A DNA stretch of 64,000 bases from Octopus sinensis. Lineage: Eukaryota. The DNA lies in contig NC_043002.1 of NCBI RefSeq assembly GCF_006345805.1, positions 93,620,001 to 93,684,000 of the forward strand. Reading direction: 5' to 3'. The position numbers and the translations under genes were made by a program. Under the pieces are notes generated by a model, which had not been told where the DNA came from, did not search any database, and saw only the letters and a list, made by a program, of their open reading frames with translations. This document shows, piece after piece, positions 37,625 to 50,929 of the stretch (positions within the stretch are counted from its first letter, which is position 1; each line of letters begins with the position of its first letter).

Positions 37625-38065
37625 CACTTACACGCACACACACACACACATATACACATATATAGACACTTACACGCACACACACACACACATATACACA
37701 TATATAGACACATACACGCACACACACACACACACATATACACATATATAGACACATACACGCACACACACACACATATACACATATATAGACACATACA
37801 CGCACACACACACGCATATATACACATATATAGACACATACACGCACACACACACGCATATATACACATATATAGACACATACACGCACACACACACGCA
37901 TATATACACATATATAGACACATACACGCACAACACACGCATATATACACATATATAGAACATACACGCACACACACACGCATATATACACATATATAGA
38001 CACTTACACGCACACACACACACACATATACACATATATAGACACATACACGCACACACACACAC
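37625..38065. repeat. Compound minisatellite, about 11 units of about 38-40 bp
   Basis: Repeated CACATATATAGACACATACACGCACACACACAC(G/A)CATATA units. Confidence 0.9.
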
Positions 38066-38884
38066 ACATATATATATGTATGTATATGTGTGTGTGTATA
38101 TGTATTCATCATCATCATTTAGCACCTGCTTTCCATGCTGGCATGGGTTAGACGGTTTGACTGAAACTGGCAAGCGAGAGAGCTGCACCAGTTTCCTATC
38201 TGATTCGGATGCTCTTCCTAACGCCAACCACTCCAAGAGTGTAATGGGTGCGTTTTATGTGCCACTGGCCTGGGTGCCTGTTATATGACACCGGCATTGG
38301 CCATGACTGTGATTTCACTGGGCTTGGCGAGTCTTTCAAGCATGGCATATTGCCAAAGGTCTTGGTCACTTGTCATCAGCTCCGTGAGGCCCAATGTTCG
38401 AAGATTATGCTTCACCGCCTTGTCCCATGTCTTTCTGGTTCCCTCCACAGTTAGAGATCGACAATTCTTTACACAACAGTCCTCGTCCATATGCATCACA
38501 TGACCATACCAGCACAGTCGTCTCTCTTGTACACCACATCTGATGCTCAAGTTTTCTCTCAAGATGCTTACATTCTGTTGTACATACACTGACATTGCAC
38601 ATCCAACGAAGCATACTAGCTTCATTTCTTTCAAGCCTAGGCATGTCTTCAGTGGTCAGAGCCATGCACACAGCCATCATACAATCTGCCTTTCACTCAG
38701 AGACGAGGCTCTTTCTAAACTTTACCCAGCCTATTCTTATTCTAGCATATATAAATGTATATATATATATATAATATATATATGATGCATATATATATAT
38801 GTGTATATGTATATATATATATATATACTGTACATGCTGTACTATACTGTACTATACTGTACTATACATACATACATACTGAGA

Positions 38885-39204
38885 CACCCTTCGGTCATGA
38901 CTGACCATGGGATTGCACCTAGAAAGTTACCCTCCCAAGTCTGGGCAAGGTTGTTTATGGAAGACTAGTAGTCGTCCATGGATACCAGCCTCCCCTCTCC
39001 ACGCCACCAGTGTTATGCAAGGGAAAGGCAAACGCCGATACAGCCTGGCACCTGTGATGTCGCAACTTATTTCTACAGCTGAGTGAGCTGGAGCAATGTG
39101 AAATAAAGTGTCTTGCTCAAGAACACAACACGCAGCCCATCCGGGATTCAAACTCACAACCTCACGATTGTAAGCTCGACGCTCTAACCACTGAGCCATG
39201 CGCC
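38885..39204 (-). mobile_element. tRNA-derived SINE family D
   Basis: Head GGCGCATGGCTCAGTGGTTAGAGCG..GTTTGAATCCC, then TTCTTGAGCAAGACACTTT core-like segment; degenerate relative at 48570-48720. Confidence 0.75.
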
Positions 39205-39229
39205 TTCACATACATACATACATTATATA

Positions 39230-39292
<63 letters not shown>

Positions 39293-39379
39293 AGATATTA
39301 TATTATATATATATATGAAATAGTATATATATATTATGTATATATATATATCTTATATAGTATATATATATATATATTA

Positions 39380-39410
<31 letters not shown>

Positions 39411-39751
39411 TATATATATATATATATATATTATATATGTATATATATAATATGTATATACTATATATATTTTATTATATATATATATGATATATATATA
39501 TTATACATACTGTATATATTATATATATATGTATAATATAAAATATATACATTTGTATGTACAATATATATATGCATATACATAGATTTATATATGCTAG
39601 AATATATATATATATATATAATATTATATGTATATATTAAATATATTATATATACTATATATATTACATATATATATAATCTTTTATTTTTACAGAGCTG
39701 TACTTGCATAGCAAGTGACTTGATCTGAGATTGTGTGCTGTATGTATATAT

Positions 39752-39785
<34 letters not shown>

Positions 39786-39890
39786 ATATATATATATATA
39801 AAAATAAGGATATGATCGTTAATTTAAATTAAATAATGATCTTATCAAGTGGCCATCATGGAAATAAAAACCTTCAAAGGTAATAATTAT

Positions 39891-40068
39891 TAAAATTATA
39901 CTAAGGGTATCTACGAGATACTGCCATGCTGAAAATACCAGCCAGGATCTGAGTCTAAGACCACATTAAGTGTTCACTTAATGAACACATAATGTGGTCT
40001 TAGAGTCAGATCCTGGCTGCTATTTTCAGTATGGCGGTATCTCGTAGATACCCTTAGTTATAATTTTA
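39891..40068. repeat. Near-perfect 178-bp palindrome
   Basis: About 86-bp arms, few mismatches, 5-nt loop CTTAA. Confidence 0.9.
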
Positions 40069-40086
40069 TATATATATAGATATATA

Positions 40087-40985
40087 CTAGCTGACATACC
40101 CTGTAATTTCCAGGAAATCGGGGCTTATCCCTTAGTGTTTCACTAATCCAATAAGAACACTACAAAGTATGTAGCCCTTAAAACGGTTTTCCTGCATTTA
40201 CAGAGAATACCAAACTGTCTTAAACAGGATCTTGTTTTTAGGAACTTCCAATAAGTTATTATTACCTAAGTTGTGAAGGCAGTTATGTAATAACATGAAA
40301 TTAGTTACCCGATAGTAAAATTTCAAATAAAGTAGCCTTGAAAAGGGCTTTAATGCATTCCCAGAGTATATAGAACATAGGAGGAAGTACTAATAAGGTA
40401 TGTATACTAAAATCGTGAGGCATGTTGTGAAATAACCGGCTTATTAGATATGAGATATCAATTCAAAGTAAATAATTCTGAAAAGAGCTTTTGTGTGTTC
40501 CCAGAAAATATTACCCTCAGGGGTGCTAGTGTTGGTATATTCTTGAATAAGTCACTAATCTAAATAAGTAGATATATTGTTTAGAAAAATACTATTTACT
40601 TGTTTAAGGGTTGTATTAGATAAATTGTGAAAATAACTCTAACAGTTCAAATACTAAAAAATAAGCATACTCAATTTGACATCTACCAAATAATTTAGGA
40701 AAATGAATAGGTTATTTCCCTTGGCTATATATAAGGATCTCTTCCAGGGGTGAATGGGTTATTTCCCTTGATTTGTAAAATAAAATACATTAGATATATA
40801 TAAAGATCCCTTCCAGGGTCCCTGTTATAGATTTTTTTCAACAATCTGATTATGCCATAAGGTTTCCTGACATGAGTTCTACTCATGAGTCAAGTTTCAT
40901 CAAAATCGATAAAACGATATAGGAGGAGTTAGCTAACTACTCCACAAACATGCTCACAGACAGAATTTGCCACATATGTAGTAGT
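40087..40985 (-). mobile_element. Non-autonomous Helitron (family of 36007-36561)
   Basis: 3' CCTGGAAATTACAGGG..CTAG|T at 40087; 5' region homologous to 36007-36130. Confidence 0.75.
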
Positions 40986-41036
40986 ATATATATATGATAT
41001 ATATGATGTGTATATATATATATATTATATGTACAT

Positions 41037-41068
<32 letters not shown>

Positions 41069-41070
<2 letters not shown>

Positions 41071-41879
41071 CACAGGAGTGGCTGTGTGGTAAGTAGCTTG
41101 CTTACCAACCACATGGTTCTGGGTTCAGTCCCACTGCATGGTACCTTGGGCATTTGTCATCTACTATAGCCTCGGGCCGACCAAAGCCATTGAGTGGATT
41201 TGGTAGATGGAAACTGAAAGAAGCCTGTCGTATATATATGTTTGTGTGTGTATATTTGTCCCCCCAACATTGCTTGACAACTGATGCTGTTGTGTTTACG
41301 TCCTTGTAACTTAGTGGTTTGGCAAAAGAGACCAATAGAATAAGTCCTGGGGTTGATTTGCTCAACTGAAGGCAATGCCCCAGCATAGCCACAGTCAATG
41401 CCTGAAACAAGTGACAGAATAAAAAAATATATATGATATATATATATATATATATATAATATATATATATATATATTATATATATATATATATAGATATA
41501 TATATATATATATAGGCACAGGAGTGGCTGTGTGGTAAGTAGCTTGCTTACAACCACATGGTTCTGGGTTCAGTCCCACTGCATGGTACCTTGGGCATTT
41601 GTCATCTACTATAGCCTCGGGCCGACCAAAGCCATTGAGTGGATTTGGTAGATGGAAACTGAAAGAAGCCTGTCGTATATATATGTTTGTGTGTGTATAT
41701 TTGTCCCCCCAACATTGCTTGACAACTGATGCTGTTGTGTTTACGTCCTTGTAACTTAGTGGTTTGGCAAAAGAGACCAATAGAATAAGTCCTGGGGTTG
41801 ATTTGCTCAACTGAAGGCAATGCCCCAGCATAGCCACAGTCAAATGCCTGAAACAAGTGACAGAATAAAAAAATATATA

Positions 41880-41918
<39 letters not shown>

Positions 41919-42065
41919 TGACAATGCTGGTGTGTTTATTTCCCCGTAACTTAGCTGTTCAGGAAAGAGACCAGTAGAATAAGTACTAGGCTTACAAAGA
42001 ATAAGTTCTGGGGTCGATTAGTCCTCCTGCATGGCCACAGTCAAATGACTGAAACAAATAAAAGA
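41069..42065 (+). mobile_element. Tandemly duplicated SINE family A (unit about 446 bp) plus a further 3' half
   Basis: Copies starting at 41069 and 41515 share diagnostic changes (TTGGGCATTTGTCATCTAC, AAAGCCATTGAGTGG). Confidence 0.85.
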
Positions 42066-42592
42066 AATAAAAGAAAAAAAATATATATATATATACACAG
42101 ACACATGTATGTATGTATATATATGTATATATATATTATATTAAATTAGAGATAAAACCACTATTAGGCAAATCAAATAAATTAATAATTAAAATAATAT
42201 AAAAATATACATACATACATATATATATATATATTTGTATATATATATTTAAAATTTATAAGTTTAAATTATTTAAATAATTTTTTAAATTTTAACTTTT
42301 ATATTTTTAAATTAATTTTATTTATTGACTTATGTTTTTCACTATTTGATTTGCCTAATAGTGGTTTTATCTCTAATTTAATATAATATAATATATTTAT
42401 ACTATAAAATTGGATTTAATCCTAAATCTAATTTTTCCCTGTAAGTTTGGATTTATTCCCTAATATTATTACTATATATATATATACACACACACGCATA
42501 CACATACACACAGCACATACACTCAAAATTTTTCTGAACTATGCAATGGAAGTGGCTGTAGATTATAAATTTTATCTGTATGACATACTTAA

Positions 42593-42812
42593 CCCTTTTA
42601 TTATCAACCCGGCTGAAACCGGCTCTGGCTCTGAGTACAAATGTCTTGTTTACATAAGTTTTGAATAAAAATCTTCCACCAAACCTTTATCACAATTTAT
42701 GTTCCTAAAGCTAGCTGAATGGTTAGTAAGTTATTTTACTAAATTCTTTGTTATATTTAAAGTAATTGAAAGAAACACAGAGTGCCTCAAAAGAAATACA
42801 GTAACAAAATGG
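42593..42812. mobile_element. piggyBac-type MITE, second copy
   Basis: TTAA|CCCTTTT...AAAATGG|TTAA, homologous to 10850-11069. Confidence 0.8.
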
Positions 42813-43035
42813 TTAATGTATGTATATAATTGCAATATCAGAGCCTGCAGTGGTGATCTTGTAGAAAGTTCCATCTGTCTATGTTTTTGACACAATACAT
42901 CCATTAAGAGATCTTTCCTTGAGACAGTCCCATTGCAGCCTCTTACTTTTCAATGATATGCATGCATTAAGTGAGTCATATAGATAAAGAGACCCACATA
43001 CATACATACATACATACATACATACATACATACAT

Positions 43036-43105
<70 letters not shown>

Positions 43106-43342
43106 TACATACATATATGTGTATATATATGATGGTGGGGTGGTGGTAGTGATGCTGGTGGAAGTAGTGAAGCGGATGATGGCATGATCTATTGTGAAAT
43201 CTTTGACAAATTGCTCTTCACAATATATCTCATAATTTGACTCTAATCTGATTATAGATTCATGCTGTCAGTATATGCTCAGCTGTTATCCATAAAATGT
43301 TTTAAAATAATTTTATTTTTGCAGATATATATATATATAAAC

Positions 43343-43373
<31 letters not shown>

Positions 43374-43899
43374 CATACATGCATATATAAATGAATGCAT
43401 GTGTGTGTGTATACATCTATACATGTATGAGTATGCATATATGTTTATACATGTCTGCATATATGATCGTATATATGAATATATGCATTGATATATTTAT
43501 ATAACTGCCTACATATATGTATATGCATGTACACGCTTGTGATGTTTTTATCATTTGTGCCTTCAAAGACCTGTAGAATAAGAGATCTGTTATCTGAAGA
43601 ACAGGTAAGTGTTAGCAACTGGAACAGTGTCCAATGTAAAATGATGTCTTGGTAATATATTCTTCTTGTCCATGCTAACATGGAAGAATGTATGTAAAAA
43701 CAAATTAATCTATATGCAACCAGTATACCCTATAAAGTGGTTGGTGTTAGAAATGGCTTCCAGGCATGAAAACCAAATTGAAATAAAATATTTTAGCAAG
43801 GCAAGGTTTCTCCCATCTTGTTTATGAGGTGGTGACTCAGATTGTAATGACCCATCTAATTTATGTCTGCATGTAATACAATGATGAGGATAATGGTGA

Positions 43900-43962
43900 T
43901 GACGATGATGATGATGATGATATACATATTTATATATGTATATGTATGTATGTATATATATA

Positions 43963-44009
<47 letters not shown>

Positions 44010-44097
44010 ATATATATACATACATACGTATATGTGTGTGTATATATATATATAATATATATATATATACATACATACATATATGTATATGTGTGTG

Positions 44098-44129
<32 letters not shown>

Positions 44130-44145
44130 TACATACATACGTATA

Positions 44146-44178
<33 letters not shown>

Positions 44179-44207
44179 GTATGAATGTATATATATATAT
44201 ATGAATG

Positions 44208-44254
<47 letters not shown>

Positions 44255-44315
44255 TGTATATATATGTATGTATGTATATATATATATATGTATGAATGTA
44301 ATATATGTATGTATG

Positions 44316-44348
<33 letters not shown>

Positions 44349-44355
44349 ATATGTA

Positions 44356-44399
<44 letters not shown>

Positions 44400-44400
44400 C
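43900..44400. repeat. Large compound (TA)n/(TATG)n microsatellite; similar blocks at 39230-39790, 51820-52640, 55060-55325, 60190-60660
   Basis: Directly visible; source of the spurious YI/IY-rich ORFs in the track. Confidence 0.95.
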
Positions 44401-45110
44401 TAGTCAATTTGAGGATGTCAGATTCTCATTAGGGATTAATTAATTTCACTGGTAATCTCTATCATATAAGGGGAAGTCTCGATGATATGTTGGAGATTAT
44501 TATAGTAATACATATTGTTATTAATGGAAGAAAGAAAATGGAGAATTATGGATGATTAAATAATTTATCGGTATGAAATAATGAGGATGAAAGTTTTTGT
44601 TTTTTTTTATAAAAACAATGCAAATAAATTATAAATATTAAAGCTTCAAAAGAAATAGCAGATGCCAAAAACCTACATGTATGTTTTGATTCAATGCCCC
44701 TAGGTCATTCAGAATTCTACGCATTTGGGCAGGGTCATATACTAAGAATTAGTCATCATTCCTACAAATAATGAAAGGATCTCCAATTTATTTAGTTAAT
44801 TAATTAATAATTACAAATATATTATGCTACATTATAACAAATACCCAATATATGCTCCCATATATTCTACCACGTGTTATTTCATTATATTATATTCTTT
44901 TTCTCTTCACTCTCTCATTCAACTTTTCTTTTTATTTGACCTCTTAACCGATCAATTCTACATATGAAACTTCCCATAACATAATTCTAACAACTTAACC
45001 TTTGTGATAATAATAAAAGAAAATAAATTTTTAAAATATCTATGTTTGAGTGTGAGTATATATATATATACTTTATTTAAAGCAGCAGAAAATTCAACAA
45101 AACCTGTTAC

Positions 45111-45150
45111 TCTGTCCGACGAACGGCAACGTGAAACTCAGAGTAACAGG
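45111..45150 (+). ncRNA. Minimal type I hammerhead motif with U4C core variant
   Basis: TCTGT-CCGACGA-ACG-GCAA-CGT-GAAA-CTCAGAGT-A-ACAGG; flanked by 44-bp inverted arms 45071-45114 / 45139-45182. Confidence 0.7.
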
Positions 45151-45259
45151 TTTTGTTGAATTTTCAGCTGCTTTAAATAAAGCATATTACTCTACCACTG
45201 GTATTTGAGTACTCTTTTTTTCCACCTTGTTTCACTTTATATGTTTTTACTCCGATATA

Positions 45260-45300
<41 letters not shown>

Positions 45301-45576
45301 AAGATGATTTGGAAGCAACATCTAATAAACTAATGCTATGTCTTTTCTACTCCTCTGATGAGATTTTGCCCAATACAATGATTTAATTACTGAATTTAAT
45401 TCTTTGGGCTAAAGCGAAACAGCTGTAAGAGAATATGTTGAAGTTTTGCAGTTATTAAATTATGCTAATGCTACATCTCCATTTTCTGAATTTTAATTTA
45501 TATTTATAAACATGTATTTTGTGTGGATATATGCATATGTGTATATATGTGTAAACACGTATACATATATATTGAA

Positions 45577-45608
<32 letters not shown>

Positions 45609-45932
45609 GAATGTATAAATACATAAATATGAATATATACATTTTATATATTGATGACAGGATTTACATGTAAGGCTTTCAAGATTTTTCAAATGGTCAG
45701 ATTTTTCAAACTTTTGTCTATACTTGATTTTAAATACGACACAATATGAGGTGAACATTACGCATCCATAGATTTCCTAAACTGTATCTATTTCCAAACC
45801 AATGAAAATAATTCGTCTATAATGGTCGACTAATAATTCTTTTACTATCTAACTTATCCTTCATTTATTTTATTATATAATTCTTCCCTTGCATATTGAA
45901 GTATTGTTCTTTCCTTTTATTTAAATTTATAT

Positions 45933-46310
45933 ACAGGAGTGGCTGTGTGTGGTAAGTAGCTTGCTTACCAGCCACATGTTTCCAGGTTCAGTTTCAGTGC
46001 ATGGTACCTTGGGCAAGTGTCTTCTGCTATAGTCTCGGGCTGACCAAAACCTTGTGAGTGAATTTGGTTGACGAAAACTGAAAGAAGCCTATTGCATATA
46101 TGTATGTGTGTGTGTGTGTGTGTTTGTCCCCCACCATCACTTGACAACCGAATCTGGTGTATGTACATCCCCATCACTTAGCAGTTTGGCAAAAGAGACT
46201 GATAAAATAAGTACTAAGCTTACAAAGAATAAGTCCTGGGGTCGATTTGTTCAACTAAAGGCGGTGCTCCAACATGGCTGCAGTCAAATGACTGAAACAA
46301 GTAAAAGACT
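45933..46310 (+). mobile_element. SINE family A
   Basis: Family A head, core and tail; further copies at 49361-49765(+), 50713-51130(+), 57310-57660(-). Confidence 0.8.
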
Positions 46311-46629
46311 ATATATTTTACGTACATTTATATTTTTCTTCACTTTTTATCTTATATCGTCTTACTTTAGCTTTATTTGTATGTTATTTTTATTTTATTT
46401 TATCTTTACTTACATCTATAACTCACTAGCTAAATACATACGCATAATATATATGATACAACTTCTTAAACTTGTTAGTAATTTGTCTGCATCCTTTCAA
46501 GAAATATGTTAACCATTGTAGTATGAGCTCATAAAATCCTGATGAGATTCTGCCCCATATAGTTGAAAACGATGACCAATTCTTAGCATATGACCCTACA
46601 CAAATCACCTACGGACATGAATCAAAATA

Positions 46630-47757
46630 TGTATGTAGATTTTTGTCTCCAGAGGAATATCATGTCATCAACAGCAGATATGACGTCATCTTCACTGCTC
46701 TACTGGTTCCCATTCAAGTGATTTTTTTGCTGGGGAACAGATGATAAATATTGCCAAATCAGGAGAATTGGGAGGTTGATCAACCAGTTCAAAGCAGCCA
46801 TTGAAATGAAGGACTTGTATGCTGGAGCATTGTCCTGATAAAAAAAAAAAAAGATCCCTTTCATCAGTTTTCCTGGGTGTTTGGTTTTGTTAGTCTTTTG
46901 TCACTGCCTCAGTAAGTTGGCATATTACTCTCCATTGATGATGTGGCCTTTTTGAAAACAGTCAAGGAACACAATGCCTTTTGCATCATAAAAAAATGAG
47001 GCGGTCACCTTCCCAGCAAATGAAACAACCTTGGTCTGTTTTGGAGCAGGTGAGGAGGGGTGTTTCCATTACATGGATTCTCTCTTTGTCTCTGGTTCAA
47101 AGTGATGAACCCAACACTCATTTTGGGTTAGGAAACACTCAGGTAAACCAGCTGGATCTGCCTCATACAATGTCAGATTTTGCTGTAATGTGATCAGCCA
47201 GCCTGGCACATCTTTGATCAGATCTCAGAAGACATGGCACCTGCTGAGCAGAAATCTTTCTCATGCCAAACTCATTGTGCAGAATATTTTCAACTTTCTC
47301 ATGGGATATGCTATTAGCATTTGCTATTTGATACATTTCACCACATGGGGAACATAATGTTTTCCTTGGTGGTGGCATTTGCAGGATGTCCAGCTTTTGG
47401 ATCATCTTCAAAACTCTCTGAAGAGTTCTCCTAAATTTAGCTGCCTGCTTTTGAACTGTTGATAAAACTGGAGTATCATCCCTTAATATAGCAATGATGT
47501 CAGCATGAATATCCTTAGGAGCTAAGCCCTTTTCTCGCAGGTACTTGAGAATGCCATGATGCCAATTTTTGTTGATTTTTCAAGAGAAGTCACTAGTTAG
47601 TCTTGAAGTTTTCTTTGAACAATCAGATGTCACTTTATGTGGAAAGAAACAATGAGGTTATTAATAAGAAGGATTTGAAATTAATGCCTGCATGACTTCA
47701 CAGTATTAGCATCACTCTTTCATAGCCAGCCTATGAACTTTTCAGCCTACCCTTGGA
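46630..47757 (-). mobile_element. Degenerate mariner transposase relic
   Basis: SISHEKVENILHNEFGMRKISAQQVP (WVP-like), EPETKRESM*WKH, DAKGIVF, QDNAPAY, PPNSPDLA; one TIR-like end ..CAGCCTATGAACTTTTCAGCCTACCCT at 47730-47757. Confidence 0.85.
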
Positions 47758-47959
47758 ATTTCAACAACATCATAATTTGTGTCTGTATGCTTGCATGCAT
47801 GCATGCATGCATGTATGTATGTATGTATGTATGTATGCATGTATGTATGTATGTATGTATGTATGTATGTATGTATGTATGTATGTATGTATGTATGTAT
47901 GTATGCATGCATGTATGTAATGATATCTAAATGTAAGATCCAATAATATATATATATAT

Positions 47960-47992
<33 letters not shown>

Positions 47993-48123
47993 ATATATAT
48001 ACATATAGTGACTTAAGGTTCGAGAAGCTCTCAGACCTTGAGTCACTCTGTTACTTCTGCTAAATATTAATAAATTATATACATATAATCATATTTTGAG
48101 TTGTATTTTTCCTGCTTGTATCA

Positions 48124-48156
<33 letters not shown>

Positions 48157-48268
48157 ATATAATTTAAATAATGAGGGAGATAAATTGAATATTAATTTAA
48201 TTAGTATCAATTTAAAACCAGTATCCTAGCATATAAAAAATCTGAAAAATCAGAAAAAATTTCAGTAC

Positions 48269-48446
48269 ATGTGTATATTTAGGGAAACCACTAGGTGGAT
48301 AACCACACGCTAGAAGAAGATCACATACGATCTTCTTCTCTTCGCTGAATTTTCTCTGTAGAACATTTTTTCTTTGTAGTTAGATCGTATGTGATCTTCT
48401 ACTAGCGTATGATTATCCACCTAGTGATTTCCTTAAATATACATAT
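48269..48446. repeat. Inverted repeat with 65-bp arms (48269-48333 / 48382-48446)
   Basis: About 90% identity by eye; related single arms at 52185-52240 and 34760-34800. Confidence 0.85.
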
Positions 48447-48450
48447 ATAA

Positions 48451-48481
<31 letters not shown>

Positions 48482-48499
48482 CATATATCTGCCTGACTG

Positions 48500-48540
<41 letters not shown>

Positions 48541-49525
48541 ATATGTATATATATGTATGTATGTGTGTGATGGTGCATGGCTTAGTGGTTAGGGTGTTGC
48601 ACTTGCGATCATGATTTCAATTCCTGTTTCTATTCCTATTCCTGTTTTCAGTTTCAATTCTGGTGGTGCATGGTGTTCTTGAGCAAAGTACTTTATCTCG
48701 CATTGCTGCGTGATCACTTAGAAATTTTAACTCCAAATAAGTTGTGTAGGGCAAAAATTGTATAGAAGCTATAGCATAATGAGAATGAATGGAAATTTGG
48801 TTAATACTAAGGATGAAAAAGTTTCCTCATGTAAACACATGACCAAATTCCTATTGATCAATCTTAAATAATTTTTCACTCGCCCCTTGCTTAAATTAGT
48901 TTTAGGTGTTTTATTAAAAATATTTCACTTTGCATCACTATATCTTACACCATCTTGGTATTTTTATTTAACAATTTCTTCTAACAATTGCATGACTCAC
49001 CATATATAGGGCTAACACTTTATCTATCTCTCCCTGCACTTCCTTTTCTCTCAATGTGTCTGTTTTTTTTTAAAAAGTTATATCTTTCCTTAGTATATAA
49101 TATACCTATAATTTTTTGTATTTTTTTGTTGTTGCATAACGTGTCCATTTAAACACCCTCAACACACCCATTCTGACTATTACTGGTTTATGTTACTTGT
49201 CACAACCATGTGTGTATATCTAGGTATGGATCTTAAATGTCATCTATGTGTGTATATAAATTATTTTGTGTTTATTTACTATATGTTGCCACTAACATGT
49301 ATTGTTTAATATGAATGTGTGTATCTCCGTATATACAAGTTTTGCATACACGCATATATAGGCGCAGGAGTGGCTGTGTGGTAAGTAGTTTGTTTACCAA
49401 CCACATGGTTCTGGGTTAAGTCCCACTGCGTGGCACCTTGGGCAACTGTCTTCTACTATAGCCTCGGGCCGACCAAAGCCTTGTGAGTGGATTTGGTAGA
49501 CGGAAACTGAAAGAAGCCCGTCGTA

Positions 49526-49572
<47 letters not shown>

Positions 49573-50206
49573 CTGTGTTTGTCCCCTCCCAACATCGCTT
49601 GACAACCGATGCTGGTGTGTTTATGTCTCCATTACTTAGCGGTTCAGCAAAGAGACCGATAGAATAAGTACTGGGCTTACAAAAGAATAAGACCCGGGTC
49701 GAGTTGCTCGATTAAAGGTGGTGTTCCAGCATGGCTGCAGTCAAATGACTGAAACAAGTAAAAAAGTATATATATATTTTTTTTTTATGTGTGTGATTTT
49801 TCTCTCTTTGCATCGGTATGAGTGTATATATATTTTTGTAAAGTGTTCCTTCTTTTATGTATACCCTAGTCAAAAAACAGCTAGAATCCCTATATCTATG
49901 TATACTAATGTACAAATATGCCTCTACTCATGTATGAGTAAATATACTAACATTTTTTTCCTTATAAGACTATTTTTTTCTCTGACATTATGTATAAATT
50001 TTTTTGTATACTTGAGTGCACCCCCATACTCGTACCTTCTCCTATATTCATAATACACAATACTCTTCTATTACTTGAATATTAATACTACCCTAATACC
50101 ATCAAATATCCCTCTCACATTATTGCAAGCTAGTTTCTTACGTCATAATTTTTATTTATACTAAAACATAGTTACTGTATAAACTTACATATCATTATAC
50201 ATAAAA

Positions 50207-50510
50207 CTAGTAGTTTCGCCTGGCGTTGCTCGGGTTTGTAAGGGAAATAACTATATAAGCATTTTTAGAGAGTTACTTCCCTTATATAAAACCAAGCGAA
50301 AAATGGATTAAAAATGCGGAAAAATGATGGTAAATTTTTTTTAAAATCGTAGACTCATTGTAGATGCGCGCTAATACCCAGAAGGGCTCGATATGAATCA
50401 CGTCTATAAGATACCTGCTTTTGGTTAAACCACCGCAAAATGTGGGAGTAGTTAGGAATCTAAATCGGAGTAGACAGACACACACACAACTACAGTTTTA
50501 TATATAAAGA
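50207..50510 (-). mobile_element. Mini-Helitron (304 bp), complete termini
   Basis: A|TCTTTATATATAAAA ... CCCGAGCAACGCCAGG..CTAG|T. Confidence 0.9.
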
Positions 50511-50882
50511 TAAACCTTTCCCAGACCATTTATCTCTCCTACATTGATATTATTTTACCATATTCCAACATCCATTATCTATTTCAACTTCACTTTTTTC
50601 ATCTTTATTGCCACAGCAAGTATTTACTATCTAAATTGTAATATCAACAACTATTTTCTTCTGTTTTTACTTAATTTTTCTACCTTTTATTTAATACATG
50701 CTAACAAATATAGGCGCAGGAGTGGCTGTGTGGTAAGTAGCTTGCTTACCAATCACATGGTTCCGGGTTCTGTCTACAGCGTGGTACCTTGGGCAAGTGT
50801 CTTCTATTATAGCCTTGGGCCGACCAAAGCCTTGTGAGTGGATTTGGTAGATGGAAACTGAAAGAAGCCTGTCGTGTATATG

Positions 50883-50929
<47 letters not shown>

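Noticed and set aside
37459-38236. Long ORFs rich in C/V/Y/M (and many YI-repeat ORFs elsewhere)
   Set aside because: Translations of dinucleotide microsatellites, which lack stop codons; no coding signal.
38927-39204. tRNA genes (also other tRNA-like heads)
   Set aside because: No complete cloverleaf or acceptor stem; they continue into SINE bodies present in multiple copies.
42865-43604. Possible extra plus-strand exons (42865-42970 and 43569-43604) with AG/GT ends and open frames
   Set aside because: Their phases are incompatible with each other, there is no recognisable homology, and they lie downstream of the methyltransferase stop; such sites arise by chance.
46538-46575. CTGATGA...GAAA motif
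   Set aside because: No credible stem II, stem III or stem I; chance match.
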